Source: Selaginella moellendorffii (Eukaryota > Plantae > Lycopodiophyta). From it: DNA of 64,000 nucleotides. The position numbers and the translations under genes are program-made. The notes beneath the pieces are model-generated. The model had not been told where the DNA came from and did not search any database. It was given only the letters and a program-made list of their open reading frames with translations. The stretch is from positions 224,575 through 288,574 of the forward strand of contig NW_003314354.1 of NCBI RefSeq assembly GCF_000143415.4, in the 5' to 3' direction. The stretch's first letter is position 1. Every line of letters starts with the position of its first letter. Of the stretch, positions 40,490 through 54,742 are shown in pieces.

Positions 40490-41635
40490 ATGTCATCGAT
40501 CGTGAGTGGAAACCAACGAACACGAAAAGATCTCAAAGCCCCGGCAGCGGGAAGAACAAAAGGTGGTTGAATCGAAACTCCACTGCTCGAGCTCGAAGAA
40601 CCGTGTCCGCCGGCTGCTGCTCCCTCTTGCGCTTGTGCCCCTCCACCCTTTCTCAAGCGCCAGAGCTCCTTCCACGCCAGTAACAAGTCACACCCAACAC
40701 GCTCCATCTGCAAGTTTTCTTCCTCCTCCCAAAATTTAGTTTTTACTTCCGTTGAGAGTTAGATTTGAACACACGCCTTGTGGACTAGACATCTCAACTT
40801 AGCAGATAATTAGGAAATCCATTGGAGCACCACTGGCTCTTGGATTCTCTATCTGAATAACTGACAGTAGAGAACTACAAATCCAGGAGCATATGTTATA
40901 ACTTGTACTTTATTCTCTTGGAATACGTACTAGTATCCTGACAAGTCAGCTGTGAATGATACTACATTAGCTAGTTACTGATACTAGGCTGTTGTGGTTC
41001 CTAAGTTTTTCATGCTTGCAAGTTTGTTCTCGTCACTTATGTGAGCTTTAACCATCTGGCAACACCCTTGAACACGTTGCAACGGATTGCATATAGTATC
41101 AAAATGTTCGCAAAGTTTGATTGGATCCAAGACGGTATGAAGAGCCTCGTCCTAACTCGAGCAAGACGTAGAGAAAGAAAACGGTACAGTTTGATCGCCT
41201 GGCTTGGGCATACGCCGCAATGCGCTCGCCCTGGCACTCGAGCGCTATGGAGCCGTCAATGTAGAGACCCGTCTGGTCCAAGACACTGCTCGCAACCTCT
41301 CGGCACAGGCCAGCGCCATCCACGCTCCACACCTTGTACGTGATGCCGTTATCGTTGAAGACAGCAATTACGCACGCCATGTAGCGCTCTCCACAGAGGA
41401 AGATGCGTACCAGAAGATCATACCCAACAATCGCTCTAGTTCATCCGCGGGAAAAGGTGAAAAACGTATTTACAAGCCTTTTTCTTGTGATCACTCTATC
41501 GTCTGCGTCGACTCGTAGATCTCGCAGCTCTGGTGCACCCATGCACTGATCACCCGGAGTCTCCCACGGTCCCAGCATCAATTCGGCAGCGCTTGATTCG
41601 GCCACCAGGTAAAAACTTGCCGTGCGTTTCCCATT
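40490..41635 (-). pseudogene. Two condensed relics of the adjacent F-box + GH43 locus (40490-40681; 41205-41635)
   Basis: Blocks shared with 42050-42135, 42330-42510, 43140-43275 and 43416-43700, e.g. atcgatcgtgagtggaa, agccccggcagcgg, aagatgcgtacca and gagtctcccacgg. Confidence 0.85.
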
Positions 41636-41970
41636 GCGCGTGAGACTGCCTGTGAGAGAATTTCGCCTGGCACTTGAAAGAAAGCTGAGAGACTCGACGA
41701 CTTCTTCTTCTTTTGCAGATCCAGGCAGCGCTCATTGATTTTGGAAGTATGAGTACGGCTACGACGTCAAGAGCCAACGACAGAGTTTTTCTAGTTGGTC
41801 ATCAAACTGGAATTTTTTTTTTCACTGTCAGCCTCTCCATCTCCTCCTCTGCTAGATAGATTTCCCAGTCCCTGCGTTCTCTAAGCAGCGCAGTAAACTC
41901 GATTGTAGCTTTGAGCCCTCGATTTAGATGGCAGTCACAGCAGCTCGAAGGCATGAGCTCCAGAATACTC

Positions 41971-43179
41971 TTACATCATGAAGAAGATGTCCTCAAACAC
42001 TTCAGCCTCCACGCTGCCGAGTGCTTTCGCCCTGCATTGCCGGATCCTGCGAACCGTGTCTAGCGGCTGCTGCTCCTCCTTGCGCTTGTGCCCCTCGCCA
42101 CCCTCGGGATCAAGCGCCACAGCTCCTTCCACGCCAGAGGGCTTGACAAGCGAGGGGCGGTAAACCACCGCCCGCCGGTACTGCACACCCTCGCCGCTCT
42201 TGGCACGGACGTACATCCACTCGTCGCGATCCAAGTCGTAGACCACGGGTGGCAAAGGCTCGCCACCTTCGTCAGCCCACTTCTCACCGTAACGATCGCG
42301 GCACTGGCCGGCCAGGCACACGAGATTGCCCTCAGCCTGGCACTCGAGCGCCATGGAGCAGTCAATGTCGAGACCCGTCTCGTCCAAATCACTGCTCCCA
42401 ACCCCAAGCCACTGACCAGCGCCATCCATGGAGTCGAAGTAGAGGTCCAAGACATCGTTCGCAACCCCTCGCCACTGGCCTGTCCACACCCACACCTTGT
42501 ACGTGATATTGGTATCAGCGATTGCGCACGCCCGGTAGCGCACTCCCTTGTGCTCCCACACGAAAGGGAGACACCCCAGCGTATCTGTCCTAGCGTTGAG
42601 TTCGCCTGTGTCGGCGATGTCAGGCAAGCTCAGGATCGGGCCCCAGGCCCGCGAGCTTGATTCGTAGACACGCCTGTTATGGGTGTCTAGCAGCTTGAAC
42701 TCCCCACTCGCCGGGTCGGCAGTCATGCTGTAGATTCGACCGGCTTGCTGCTGATCCAGGCGTGGGATCCTGACCCACTCGTTGGTTGCCGGATTGCCCA
42801 CCGTGAACTCCACCCCGGGCGTCTCGCGGTCGGGCCAAGACGGCTGGCGGATGAGCACCAGGCCTGCCGAGGAGGCGACGATGTCGAAGAAGGATCCGGG
42901 CGGGAGCGGGAGCTTCATCCACGCCGGGAGCGGAGAGACGACGCGTGACTTGGGGCTCCAGGCGCAGACGTGGAGTGGTCGAGGGTGATGCTGCCAGTGG
43001 GAGGTGTAAGCCGTGAGGAGGACACAGTCTTCGTCGCTCGAACGCGGCCGCCACAGCGCCCTAAACTCGGCGGATTTGATGATGGCTCTCCACTCCTTGC
43101 AGACGCGGCGGGCTTGCAGCAGTGATTCCCAGCCGATCGAGAGAAAGATGCGTACCAATAGATCATACCCAAGTGCCAT
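41971..43179 (-). CDS. Intronless F-box protein (beta-propeller/FBA-like C-terminus)
   Basis: LGYDLLVRIFLSIGWESLLQARRVCKEWRAII (F-box), VASSAGLVL, VGNPATNEWVRIP and VVYDLDRDEW. Confidence 0.88.
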   Translation of the reverse strand: MALGYDLLVRIFLSIGWESLLQARRVCKEWRAIIKSAEFRALWRPRSSDEDCVLLTAYTSHWQHHPRPLHVCAWSPKSRVVSPLPAWMKLPLPPGSFFDIVASSAGLVLIRQPSWPDRETPGVEFTVGNPATNEWVRIPRLDQQQAGRIYSMTADPASGEFKLLDTHNRRVYESSSRAWGPILSLPDIADTGELNARTDTLGCLPFVWEHKGVRYRACAIADTNITYKVWVWTGQWRGVANDVLDLYFDSMDGAGQWLGVGSSDLDETGLDIDCSMALECQAEGNLVCLAGQCRDRYGEKWADEGGEPLPPVVYDLDRDEWMYVRAKSGEGVQYRRAVVYRPSLVKPSGVEGAVALDPEGGEGHKRKEEQQPLDTVRRIRQCRAKALGSVEAEVFEDIFFMM

Positions 43180-43269
43180 TTGCAAAGCAAGCGCTTCCCG
43201 CGAACAAGAAATTCGAACAAAGCCGTGAAAAACCCTAATTTCTATCGATTAAAATATAACAAAAAGTAT

Positions 43270-45181
43270 TTACAAGGAAATTTCACCTTCGTCGTCGTCA
43301 AGGCTCGCGTTCTTCCAATGTTCCGGGAGCTTCCATTTCCTGTGCCACCGCACAGACACACGAGACCACATTGGGAACTCGAAGCTATCGTCTTCCGGGG
43401 GGCCGTCGAGACGCCCATCGATCGTGAGTGGAAGCCACACGTATCTCGAGTCACTCAGATTCCCCGGGTTCCAGCGATCGGCGACGAACACGAATAGATC
43501 TCGCAGCCCCGGCAGCGGAAGAACAAACGCGACCTGGGAGAAGAAGGTGGTGAGCCGAAACTCGTCCGAGGCACCCACGCACGGATCGCCCAGAGTCTCC
43601 CACGGCCCCAGCATCGATTCGGCCGCGTGGAGCAGCGCTTGATTCGGCCACCACCCCGTGCACCCCGACGTGATCATGTAGAAGAAGTTGCCGTGCTTGA
43701 AGACGGCCGGAGCTTCCCTGTGCTGGTTGACGAGCGCGCGCGAGACTGCTGGAGAGAGGCCCAGGTAGTCGGGAGTGAGCTGGGAGATGTGGAGCTCGCT
43801 GTTGGATTGCGACGAGTAGACGAGGAAGGCGGAGCCATCGTCCTCGTCCTTGAAGATGGTCATGTCCCTGCTATCGAAGCCGTGTGGTTTCGTGCTGCCC
43901 AGGTACGTGAAGGGGCCGAGGGGAGACGAGCTCGTCGCGATCCCGACGCTGGCCTTGGAATAGTTTGCGTTGTCGATGTGCAAGTACATGACGAACTGCC
44001 GGGTGTGATCGTTGAAGATGACTTTGGGACGCTCGGCGACGTTGCTGGTGTGGAGATCGCTGCTGGTGTTGGTGGTGTCGGCTTTGAGAACCAGGCCCTC
44101 GTTCTTCCAGCGCCACAGGTCTTGCGAGGAGTAGCAGCTGATGCCTATCAGATCCACCTGTGGACAGTTTAAAATTACAGTGGTGAGAGAAAGCGAAAGA
44201 AAAATACAACTACTGGAGTTCTAGACGACAAAAGCGAATAGCGAAACACTATTGATCGATCGTGAAGGATCGATTTTGTCAAGAACGACACAGTCCGCGA
44301 GAATCTTTTGTAAAGCTTGCAAGAGTACGTCACGTTGAAATGAACAATACAAAGTCATGAAAAGCACATGTCCCAGAGATCTATTTCACGGAAACTATGA
44401 AAGCAAGACGATCATAACAAGCACCAAAAAATAGAGAAAAGAACGACCAGCCCGAGAGATGCAAACAACGAAAGACGATCATGACAGGCACCAAGGAAAA
44501 AAAAAACACAATAGAGAAAAGAACGAACAAACGATCAATGCCTGAGAGAAATCGTGATGCAAACAACGCGAGGGAGAAAGAAAGTGAACGCGAAGCAAAG
44601 TAAACGAAACTTACCCGAGCGCTGGATTTTTTGTGGAGGCGATAAGTCGGTCCTTGCTTGTTCTCTCCATACCAATAGAATGTCCTCGTCTCGGGAATGT
44701 AGAGAATCCCACCCCCGTGTGCTTGTATCGGCAATCCATCCACATCCCTCCACTCTCTCCCTGGAAAGAAAATATCCCTTTCCTCCTCGCTGCTGCTGCT
44801 CGGATCCACGGCGGCCAGATTTCGATCCGGGAAGTAGAACAGGCGCCTGTCCGGCGACAGCTCGCTCAAAGGATCGTCGGAAATGGCCGATTTGGCGGAT
44901 TTGGAAGATTTCTTGTGCTTCTTGCCACTGCTGCTCCTGACCGAGAACACCGGAATTTCCTCAATCTCTTCCAGCTCCGAGTAGCGGAGGAGATCGCTCA
45001 GCCTGGCGACCGGATTATCCCTATCCTTACGGCGATTGCTCCGCGCAGTGGCGGCAGAGGGCGAGGAGATCCAACCTGTGAAGAAGTGGAGCGCGACGAG
45101 CCAGGCGACGAGGATCCAGACGAGTGTGGGCAGCGCCAGGGATGTGAATGCCATCGCGCCGCCACGAGCGCGAGCATTCAT
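43270..45181 (-). CDS. Glycoside hydrolase family 43 (plant GH43A/B-like beta-1,3-galactosidase), two exons
   Basis: N-terminal TM anchor, PIQAHGGGIL, FYWYGENK, ERPKVIFN, SRDMTIF, REAPAVFK, ITSGCTGWWPN, TFFSQ and SRYVWLP. Confidence 0.93.
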
Positions 45182-45352
45182 CGGCGACACATCGCAATCC
45201 AAAGTCACTGGAATGTTATTTTTAGGGCCCAATGTTTTTAACCCGAATTTCTTTGGCCAAATACGCAAGAATGTAGCTGCCGACGTGGCAGAGTGTTGTC
45301 CGTCCGATCTTTGAAACGTTTAGAGGTTTTTAGGGTTCTTCGTTGCTACCAA

Positions 45353-46597
45353 ATGTCAGGGGAAGAGGACGATGAGGCGCTGGCAGCGAGCGCATCGGAG
45401 GAGGAGGAAGAAGAAGAAGATCAAGTAGCTGGAGATCGAGGCGACGAGGGCGATGGATCGTTATCGGGATCAGAGGGGTCGGAAGAGGTGAGTACGCGGG
45501 ATTCTTCTTTTTTTCCAAAATGAAGTAGGGCTCAGTGTTTGGATTCCAGGAAGAAATGTTGCGGTGTGCGGTCGCGGATGTTCCATTCGAGCTTCTCCAG
45601 AAGGCAAAAGCCGAGGGGCATTCAAAGATTGCTCGGGGCAAAACAAAGGCAGACTTGAAACGCTTGAATAAGAACAGGTATCCCGTGGTTCTGTGCTTCA
45701 ATAGAAAATGATAAATTGGAGGTTTTTGCTCCAGGCCGATGGAAATCTCGAGTAAGAAGCCGGTTGGCAGATTCAGGGACGTGATGCAGACATCAAAACG
45801 AGTAAGACTTTATTTTTTTTCTTCTGGAGACTTGATGAGTTCTTTTTTTTTTCTTTTTTTCTTCTTTCTTACAGGTGATACGTGATCCTCGATTCGAATC
45901 GCTGTGCGGAGACTACGATGAATCGCGGTAGTGGTTTGCGTGCACCTGTGAAATTTTCTACTGATGAAACTTTACAGGTTTAAAAAGGCATACAATTTTA
46001 TTTACGACGAACAGCTCCCAGCTGAACGACAAGTGAGTTAGTTCCTTCAAGAAAATCACAGTTACGGATATATATCGTTGTCCTTAGGAACTCTTCAAGT
46101 CATTGAAGAAAGCGAAAGATCCCGAGCTGATTTCCGAGAAGAAAAACGAAATCTCTTTGATGGTAAAGTCCTGAATTGTGTGGCGATTTCTAGTGTAGTC
46201 TTTGAATCGCAGGAAAGGCAGCTGCAATCTGAGAGGGACAGAAGAAAGCATGCCGAAAAAGCAGCCGAGCAAAAAAGGATGGAACGAGAACTAGTCAAGC
46301 AGGGAAAGAAGCCATTCTACATGAAGAAATGTAAGCTCGAAACCAATCACCCTCACACTCTTTTGTCTAAATCGTCTCATTTTTCTTCGTGCAGCTGACA
46401 AACGACGAGCTGCTCTGATCGAAAAGTACAAAGAATTAAAGGTGAGAGTAGACATTCTCCTTTCTTTCTCCCAGGTTTTTCATCTTCTGGCAAAAAAATT
46501 TGGGCTGCAGACCTGCGGAAAGCTCGAAAATTTCCTCGCGAAGAGGAGGCAAAAGAACGCTGCGAAGGACCATAGATATGTGCCTTACAGGCGATAG
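45353..46597 (+). CDS. RRP36: rRNA biogenesis protein RRP36 (DUF947)
   Basis: Acidic N-terminus, NKNRPMEISSKKPV, RDPRFESLCG, FKKAYNFIYD, GKKPFYMKK and KRRQKNAAKDHRYVPYRR*. Confidence 0.9.
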
Positions 46598-46723
46598 CAT
46601 CTGCTTAATAAACTCTGTTTTACTATAACTATAACCGCGTTTAAGCTAAAACAAATATATTGGTTTAGGGCTATTGTTCTAGGGTTTGGCGCCGCCGGGG
46701 ATAGGGTTTAGAGGCGACGAGCG

Positions 46724-47400
46724 ATGGCGCCTCCGACAGCCAAAGGTAATCGCCGCATTCTCTCTCGATTTCGTCCATACCGAATCGCCGCTGTGTTCTA
46801 GGCAAGGATGCCAAATCCAAGGCCGCCAAGGCAGCGAAGGCGGTGAAGAATCCGGCCCCCAAGATCCGGCGGAGGAGGGTCCGGACCTCGGTGACGTTCC
46901 ACAGGCCCAAGACCCTGAAGCAGGCGAGAGCGCCCAAGTATCCCCGCCTCAGCGCCCCAAATCGCGAGAAGCTGGATCACTACAAGGTGCTCAAGTACCC
47001 GCTCACCACCGAGTCGGCCATGAAGAAGATCGAGGATAACAACACCCTGGTCTTCATCGTCGACATCCGGGCCGACAAGAAGAAGATCAAGAACGCCGTG
47101 AAGATGATGTACGATATCCAGACCAAGAAGGTGAACACGCTGATCAGGTAATCTTTCTTTCTTTCTTTCCTCGGTGGTAGTCTAGTGTGTCTTTTCGATT
47201 CACTTCTTCGTGTGTGGGCTTACCATTTCTTGGTTCGTTTGTCTGATTGATTTTTGGCTTTCCAGCTTCTCATTGTTTTCATTCATGGGCTTACCACTTT
47301 CGTTTTTTTTTCCAGACCTGATGGGCTGAAGAAGGCGTACGTGAGGCTTACAGCAGACATCGACGCTTTGGATGTGGCGAACAAGATTGGCATCATCTAA
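46724..47400 (+). CDS. RPL23A: 60S ribosomal protein L23a (uL23)
   Basis: [36 protein letters not shown] and KVNTLIR|[11 protein letters not shown]...DVANKIGII*. Confidence 0.97.
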
Positions 47401-48034
47401 GCTAAGCTTTCCCGAGTCTGGTTTTTATGTACTGCTCGCGCTGCTCGTTAATGCAAAGTTTTGATTTTGATCTTACATACCGTGTCTGTTGTGCCTTGAA
47501 GCCAGCGCTGTCATGCCTATGGACTACTTCTGTTTTCTTGAGCCACTTCAACACTTAGTGAACGTCCGAATGTTGCCGAGGCGTTGAGGATCCCAATCTA
47601 CGGCTGTGTTGCTGGTTCTTAAAGACCACCCAAGGCAATTCATTCGATGTTCTCAAGCACGAATTCACGAAAAGCTTCAGTTTTCTTTCTAGCCTGTAAG
47701 AGAGAGGCTCTAAACGCTTGCGCAAACTTTCCTCCATGCCGGATGCACTGGTCTTTCTGATCCAGCAAAAGATTGATCACCTTTCAAACAGAAAACAAGC
47801 CATAATAGTGCGTCTCCCTGGAGTCGTTTGTCATGGCGAAATATTCAAACAAGATACCGGGGATGGGCATATGCAAACGCAAGCTCGCTCCAAAGTTTGT
47901 CTTTCTTGTAGATTTTTCGTTCTCATCGGTCATAATATCAAGATCACCTCTGCATGCACAGGATCTTCTCTGAAGCTATACCATACTTTCCGATCAAAAT
48001 CGCCCTCGAGATCAAATCATCTGGTCTGATCCTG

Positions 48035-48730
48035 ACAGCCTTGTCGTGGTATGCTTCTTTTCTTTCTATTCCTATGTTCCTGTTGTGACTGCCTATGTCG
48101 TGGTTTAGACGCAGCTCAAAACCTCAGCAAGTAAGCAAAAGAGCTTCGCGATGAGTTTAAGTCACCTGGTTCTCTTCTGGAGATTTTGGCAAGAAGTTTA
48201 AAAAGCTCGAGTCTGGTTTTTTAAATTTTTTTTAATTGACAATCTTGGAGCCCTCTTGGAGCGCGAGAGAGAAGCGCAGACACGCTTTGAAGTTGCAAGC
48301 GCTTGGGCTCCGGGACGCCCTGACCAGGACCAACGGAGAGTTTCGAGAAACCTCTCGGTTTGCAGCAAGCGCACCAGCAAAAGCAGGGAGAAAGAACTCT
48401 CGAGCGGCTCCAGTTGCTGCAGTGCGAAGCAGAGCAGAATGGATGGGCCTGTTCAATCTCAGAGGTAGAAAAATGCAGAGAACCGATAGAGAGACTTGTT
48501 ATTTGATCCTCGAGCTCTGTTACAGTCGGCGGCTCTGGCACGGTCTGGAAGTGGCTGTCAAATGCATCCGATCAGTAGAACAAAAAACAGTCTTTCAAAT
48601 GAAGAAGTCCACTTACGAATGCTTGTTCTGCGGCAGGAAAGAGGTTGAGCTCCTTCCCTTTCAGGTTAGGACATATATCACCTCAGCCGTATGATGGACC
48701 GATAGCTCATTCTGTGGCCTACGAAGATCC
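48035..48730 (+). pseudogene. Condensed copy of the Raf-like kinase gene (parent 50226-51750)
   Basis: Collinear blocks covering the promoter, first exons, LERERE and WHGLEVAVKCI, and gagccgtatgatgga-like sequence. About 1.5 kb of parent is represented in about 0.7 kb. Confidence 0.88.
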
Positions 48731-49129
48731 GCTAGCCGGAAGAGGCTTGCTGTCAATGCGCCTCCTACAAACACTGATCCGGAAACTGAGAGATCAAACG
48801 CTTTGTCGAGGCTGGCCTCTTAAAAGTATGTTACATTCTTCCATTTAGCAGTAAACTTTCTTCCAGCTTCTCTATGCCGGGTCTTCCAAGATGTTGCCAG
48901 TACTATTAATCCAAACAAACTCGCCAAGCTCTATCTCTTTTTCTTTTTCCAATGTGGCGGATTGGAGCGCGCCAGGTTATCTAAGGAGCGAGCTCGAACG
49001 GTGATTAAACCAGCAAGATCTTTCACGCAGACTGGTCACCTTTCTTAAACTTTTGAAACACTAAAACTCCACTTTCGCAGGAATAGTGAGGATACATCTC
49101 CGACTGAATGGTTGGGATATAGAGTAAGA

Positions 49130-49670
49130 TCCCAGTTATTCATCACAAATCCGCATTGAGTTTTTTCTTCTGGATTTTTGTGTTTGCCCTGGAGTCGTTT
49201 GTCATGGCATCTACCATCTCGAGCAAGATACCGGGGACGGGCATATGTAAACACCACCGCGTTCCACGAGAGGCTATCTTGCTTTGGGATCTTCCTAGGA
49301 TGGATCTTGATGTATTGAGTTTTCCACGCATTTCATAGCAATGCGTGGAAATTCTTAGGACACAATGCTGCCCCCTGCCATCTCCAGAAACAGTTGCTGC
49401 ATCGGTTTAGATTCCCTCTCAGGGCATCTTGCTGATCCAGCGCTGCAGCGCATGGAGACCATCTGCCGAGTCCTCTCTCATTCTGCCGAATGAGCAGCGG
49501 ATTGAAATAGACGACGGGAACGGTCGCCATTCCGATGCTACTTTTGCTCACACACTCAAACATTAGTCTCGCACGAATTCTAGAATATGTGGTCAAGTAG
49601 AGCATGCTCGCATCTGCTTTGGCATCGATGACTGAGAGTACTCTCTGGGCAATATAAGCTGCCCTCACTC
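49130..49670 (-). pseudogene. Highly decayed PPR fragments; part also duplicated at about 47815-47880
   Basis: IPKQDSLSWNAVVFTYAR and QLFLEM-like fragments. cctggagtcgtttgtcatggc...caagataccgggga.gggcatatg occurs at both 47817 and 49188. Confidence 0.4.
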
Positions 49671-49964
49671 GTTTCCTTTTTCATTCTGGGTTTTGTTGCA
49701 CTTCGGATGTCTGCTTACTATTTTGTTTGTGTTTTGTGGAGATGGTGCCTTTGATCAACACTACCTCTACCGTCATTTTAAACAATACAATGAGGTAATA
49801 TTGAACAAAGCCACCATCTCTGCAGAAGACAAACAAAATAGCGGGCTCAATCCAAAAGGTTCATTCCAGTGTGATACTTCTCGCAGCACAAGATGGGCAT
49901 CGCGGCCTTTGGTCTTTCTTGGTTCTTTGTTCTGTCAGAAAGAAGTTTTTTTCTTTCTCGTTTG

Positions 49965-50220
49965 TTTTGCTTTCCAGCTTCTCATTCCACTAGTTTTGGC
50001 TTACCATTTTCCTTGGTTGCTCTTTTGTTTTGATCTCTCTTTGCTTGGATAATGTTTTTTCTTCGTTTTCCAGACCTGATGGGCTGAAGAAGAGGCTTAC
50101 GGAAGACGAACAAGTTAAGCTAAGCTAAGCTTTCGTGGTTTTATGTACTGCGCTCGCTGCTCGTTAATGCAAAGCTTTGAAAATTTTGATCTTAGTATGC
50201 CGCGGCTATCGTGCCTTCCA
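49965..50220 (+). pseudogene. Condensed copy of the RPL23A last intron, last exon and 3' UTR
   Basis: tttccagacctgatgggctgaagaag, gaggcttac, taagctaagcttt and ggttttatgtactgc...gctgctcgttaatgcaaag are shared with 47260-47500. Confidence 0.85.
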
Positions 50221-50277
50221 ATGCCACAGCCTTGTCGTGGTATGCTCCAAATTCTTTTCTTTGTTCCTGTTGTGACC

Positions 50278-51924
<1,647 letters not shown>

Positions 51925-52066
51925 GACGTAGAAAGTCAAGACGTGGAATCGTCTTGAAGCATATCCAGATATGCTCGATACAGTCTAGAGCGATGTGCTC
52001 TAGACTATCATTTTCTCTAGAGTTCCCAATTGCCTGGGGATGCAAAGAAAAGGTTAACGAGCAGCT

Positions 52067-54742
52067 ATGGAAATTGAGGAAATAGAAGGAATGGAAGTGG
52101 ATTACGGGGTACCTTTACACAAAACGGGTGTTGCGTTGGTCCCTGATGCTCGCTCTGGGGTAGTGCTGAAGTGGACGCTAGAAAATGCAGTAGAGAGGAA
52201 CGGGGAGCTTCTTCTGTTCCATGTCCGATCTGTTGTCCGAACAATTACAACTCCTGGTAAGTCACTCTTTAGAAACATCACTTGCATCTAACAAATTGTG
52301 TAAGTTGGGAGAGTACCTGTCTCGCAAGTTTCGAAGGAAAAACTTGCAGCGTATATGGCAACCAAGGAGGCCAAGACAGCGGACTTCTCTCAGGAGCTGC
52401 AAAATGTCTGCAGACGTTATGAGGTCCGATCGGCTTGCTGAAAACTCAAAGGAAACACTTGACTTACAGGTGAAAGCAGAATTCGTTCTCGTAGAGAGCG
52501 ACGATGTTGGTAAGTCTTTGGTGGAGCAAATTGAGAAGTACCAAGTGACAACATTCGTTCTTGGAGAGTCCCGAACAAACCTTCTGTAAGTAAGCAAGCT
52601 TGTTTCCTGCAATGTGACACACGGTTTTAGTTCCTTTCATCAGGAGATTGAGGTCGGGAGTTTCAGACTACGTTCGGAAACATGCTCCAGATTACTGTAC
52701 TGTGCAGTGCATATCGAAATCCTCGAAATTGGCGTCATTCAGGAATGCTTCACCACCGCACTCATTCCCTCGTACAAATTCATCTCCTGCTCGTCCGAGT
52801 GTGGCGGACAAATTCATTTTCCCCTTATCTCCGTCTCCATCCTCTAGCTGGCTGGAAGCTGACGCTTTGAATCGCGAAATTCTCATGGTATCGACCTCTC
52901 CGCTGAAAAGTCACCTATCAATGCGAAGCAGTGACAGTAAGGATGAGATCGCTGAAGGAAGCTACCAACCTCAAACGCCGGAACTAAAAGTTGTGCCACC
53001 AGCCTTTCGCACTGAAGAAGAATTCGCAGAGTCTTCGCCCAGTAGTATCATCAGCGAGCCCCTGCCTGCGGATCCCAAGGTTAGATTTACAAGAACAGCA
53101 TTTTGTTCTGACTCTCTCGTGCAGGCTGGAGATCTGGAGCAAATAAACATGCTCAAGCAGCAGTTACAAAATGCCATCGTGGCTGCAAACAAAGCAAAAG
53201 AATCTGCCGACGCTGAAACACTACGGAGCCAGGAAGCTCGCGAGAACGCTGATTGGGCTTTAAAACGGGTAAACTGGAGATGCTATCGTCAAAAGTCTTA
53301 CGATTTCATGGCATTCCAGGCGGAAATATTGATGCGAGCGGTCGAGGAGGACAATCAGCGAGAGTATAACGCAGCAAAGAAATTAGATGAGGAATCGCAG
53401 AAGCGTGCTGAAGCTCTCACGCTTGTCAACTCGATGAAAAAAGCACTGGTGGACGAAATCCGGAGAAGGAAGGAAATGGAAAACAGGATAGAGCTCCAAT
53501 GTAAAGCAGAAGCTGAGAGAGAGGCCAACAGGCAACAACTGCTCAAGTACACACAATTCACGTTTGAGGAACTCCGAGACATCACAGACAACTTTTCTGA
53601 GAACAACAAAATAGGAGAGGGATCATACGGTCACGTCTACAAAGGCACTCTCCACAGGACCAACGTAGCAGTCAAGGTTCTAAGACATGATAGTTGGCAA
53701 GGACCACAAGAGTTCGAACAAGAGGTACGTAAACTCACTCGAATTTCTAAAATCTCTAACAAGCATGGGAAAATAAAGGTGGAAGTGCTGAGCCGACTAC
53801 ACCATCCTCACATCGTTCTACTGCTAGGCGGAAATCCGGAAAAGAAATGCCTTGTCTACGAGTACCTGGAAAACGGGAGCTTGGAAGATCGACTGTTCTG
53901 CAAGGACGACTCGCCGCCAATCTCATGCCTCACGAGGTACCAGATTGCGGTGGAAGTCGGCACAGCGCTCCTCTTCCTCCACAAGGCAAAGCCACAGCCG
54001 ATCGTGCTCCGGGACCTCAAGCCTTCCAACATCCTGCTAGACAAAAACTACAACAGTAAGATCAGCGACGTTGGGTTGGCAAGATTCATGCCAGGCGACG
54101 CGACAAGCGTGAGGAGCACATCACCTGTGGGAACGTTCGCGTACATCGATCCGGAGTACCAGCGGGAAGGCAGCTTCAATGCAAAGTCGGACGTGTTTGC
54201 GTTTGGGATCATCCTGCTCCAGCTCCTCACCGCGACGAGCCCGGTTGGAATCATCCACAAAGTTTCCACTGCCGTGGATCAGGGACACCTGATGGAGATC
54301 CTCGACACTAGCGCTGGAGAGTGGCCGCTGGCAGCCGCGACGCAGCTGGCTTGCATTGGTCTAAACTGCGCCGAGGTCCAGAGGAAGAACAGGCCGGAGC
54401 TGGAAAACGTGTTGCAGATGCTCGAGACGATGAATCATCTGTTTCGCAGCGAGGAGCGACCGAAATCCGCGGCTCCAACGCTCTTCCTGTGCCCGATTCT
54501 CCAGGTAATCATCCTGGAATTCCTCCATCCTCTTGAAATATTTCTTCGTCTTCCAGGAGGTGATGGAATACCCTGTGATCGCGTCGGACGGATACACGTA
54601 CGAGTATGACGCGATCATTCGCTGGCTCCAGAAGAGCGATGCGTCGCCGATGACGAACTTGCGGCTGGAGAACAAGAACTTGACACCGAATCGCGTCGTG
54701 AGGTCGGCGATCTGCGAGTGGAGAGCGCCAAAACTACCCTAG
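52067..54742 (+). CDS. U-box domain protein kinase (USP-like, coiled coil, kinase, U-box; PUB33/34/35/52 class)
   Basis: USP-like VLKWTLEN...LLLFHV; KIGEGSYGHVYKG; [11 protein letters not shown]; SDVGLAR; GTFAYIDPEY; U-box FLCPILQEVMEYPVIASDGYTYE...SPMTNLRL. Confidence 0.93.
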
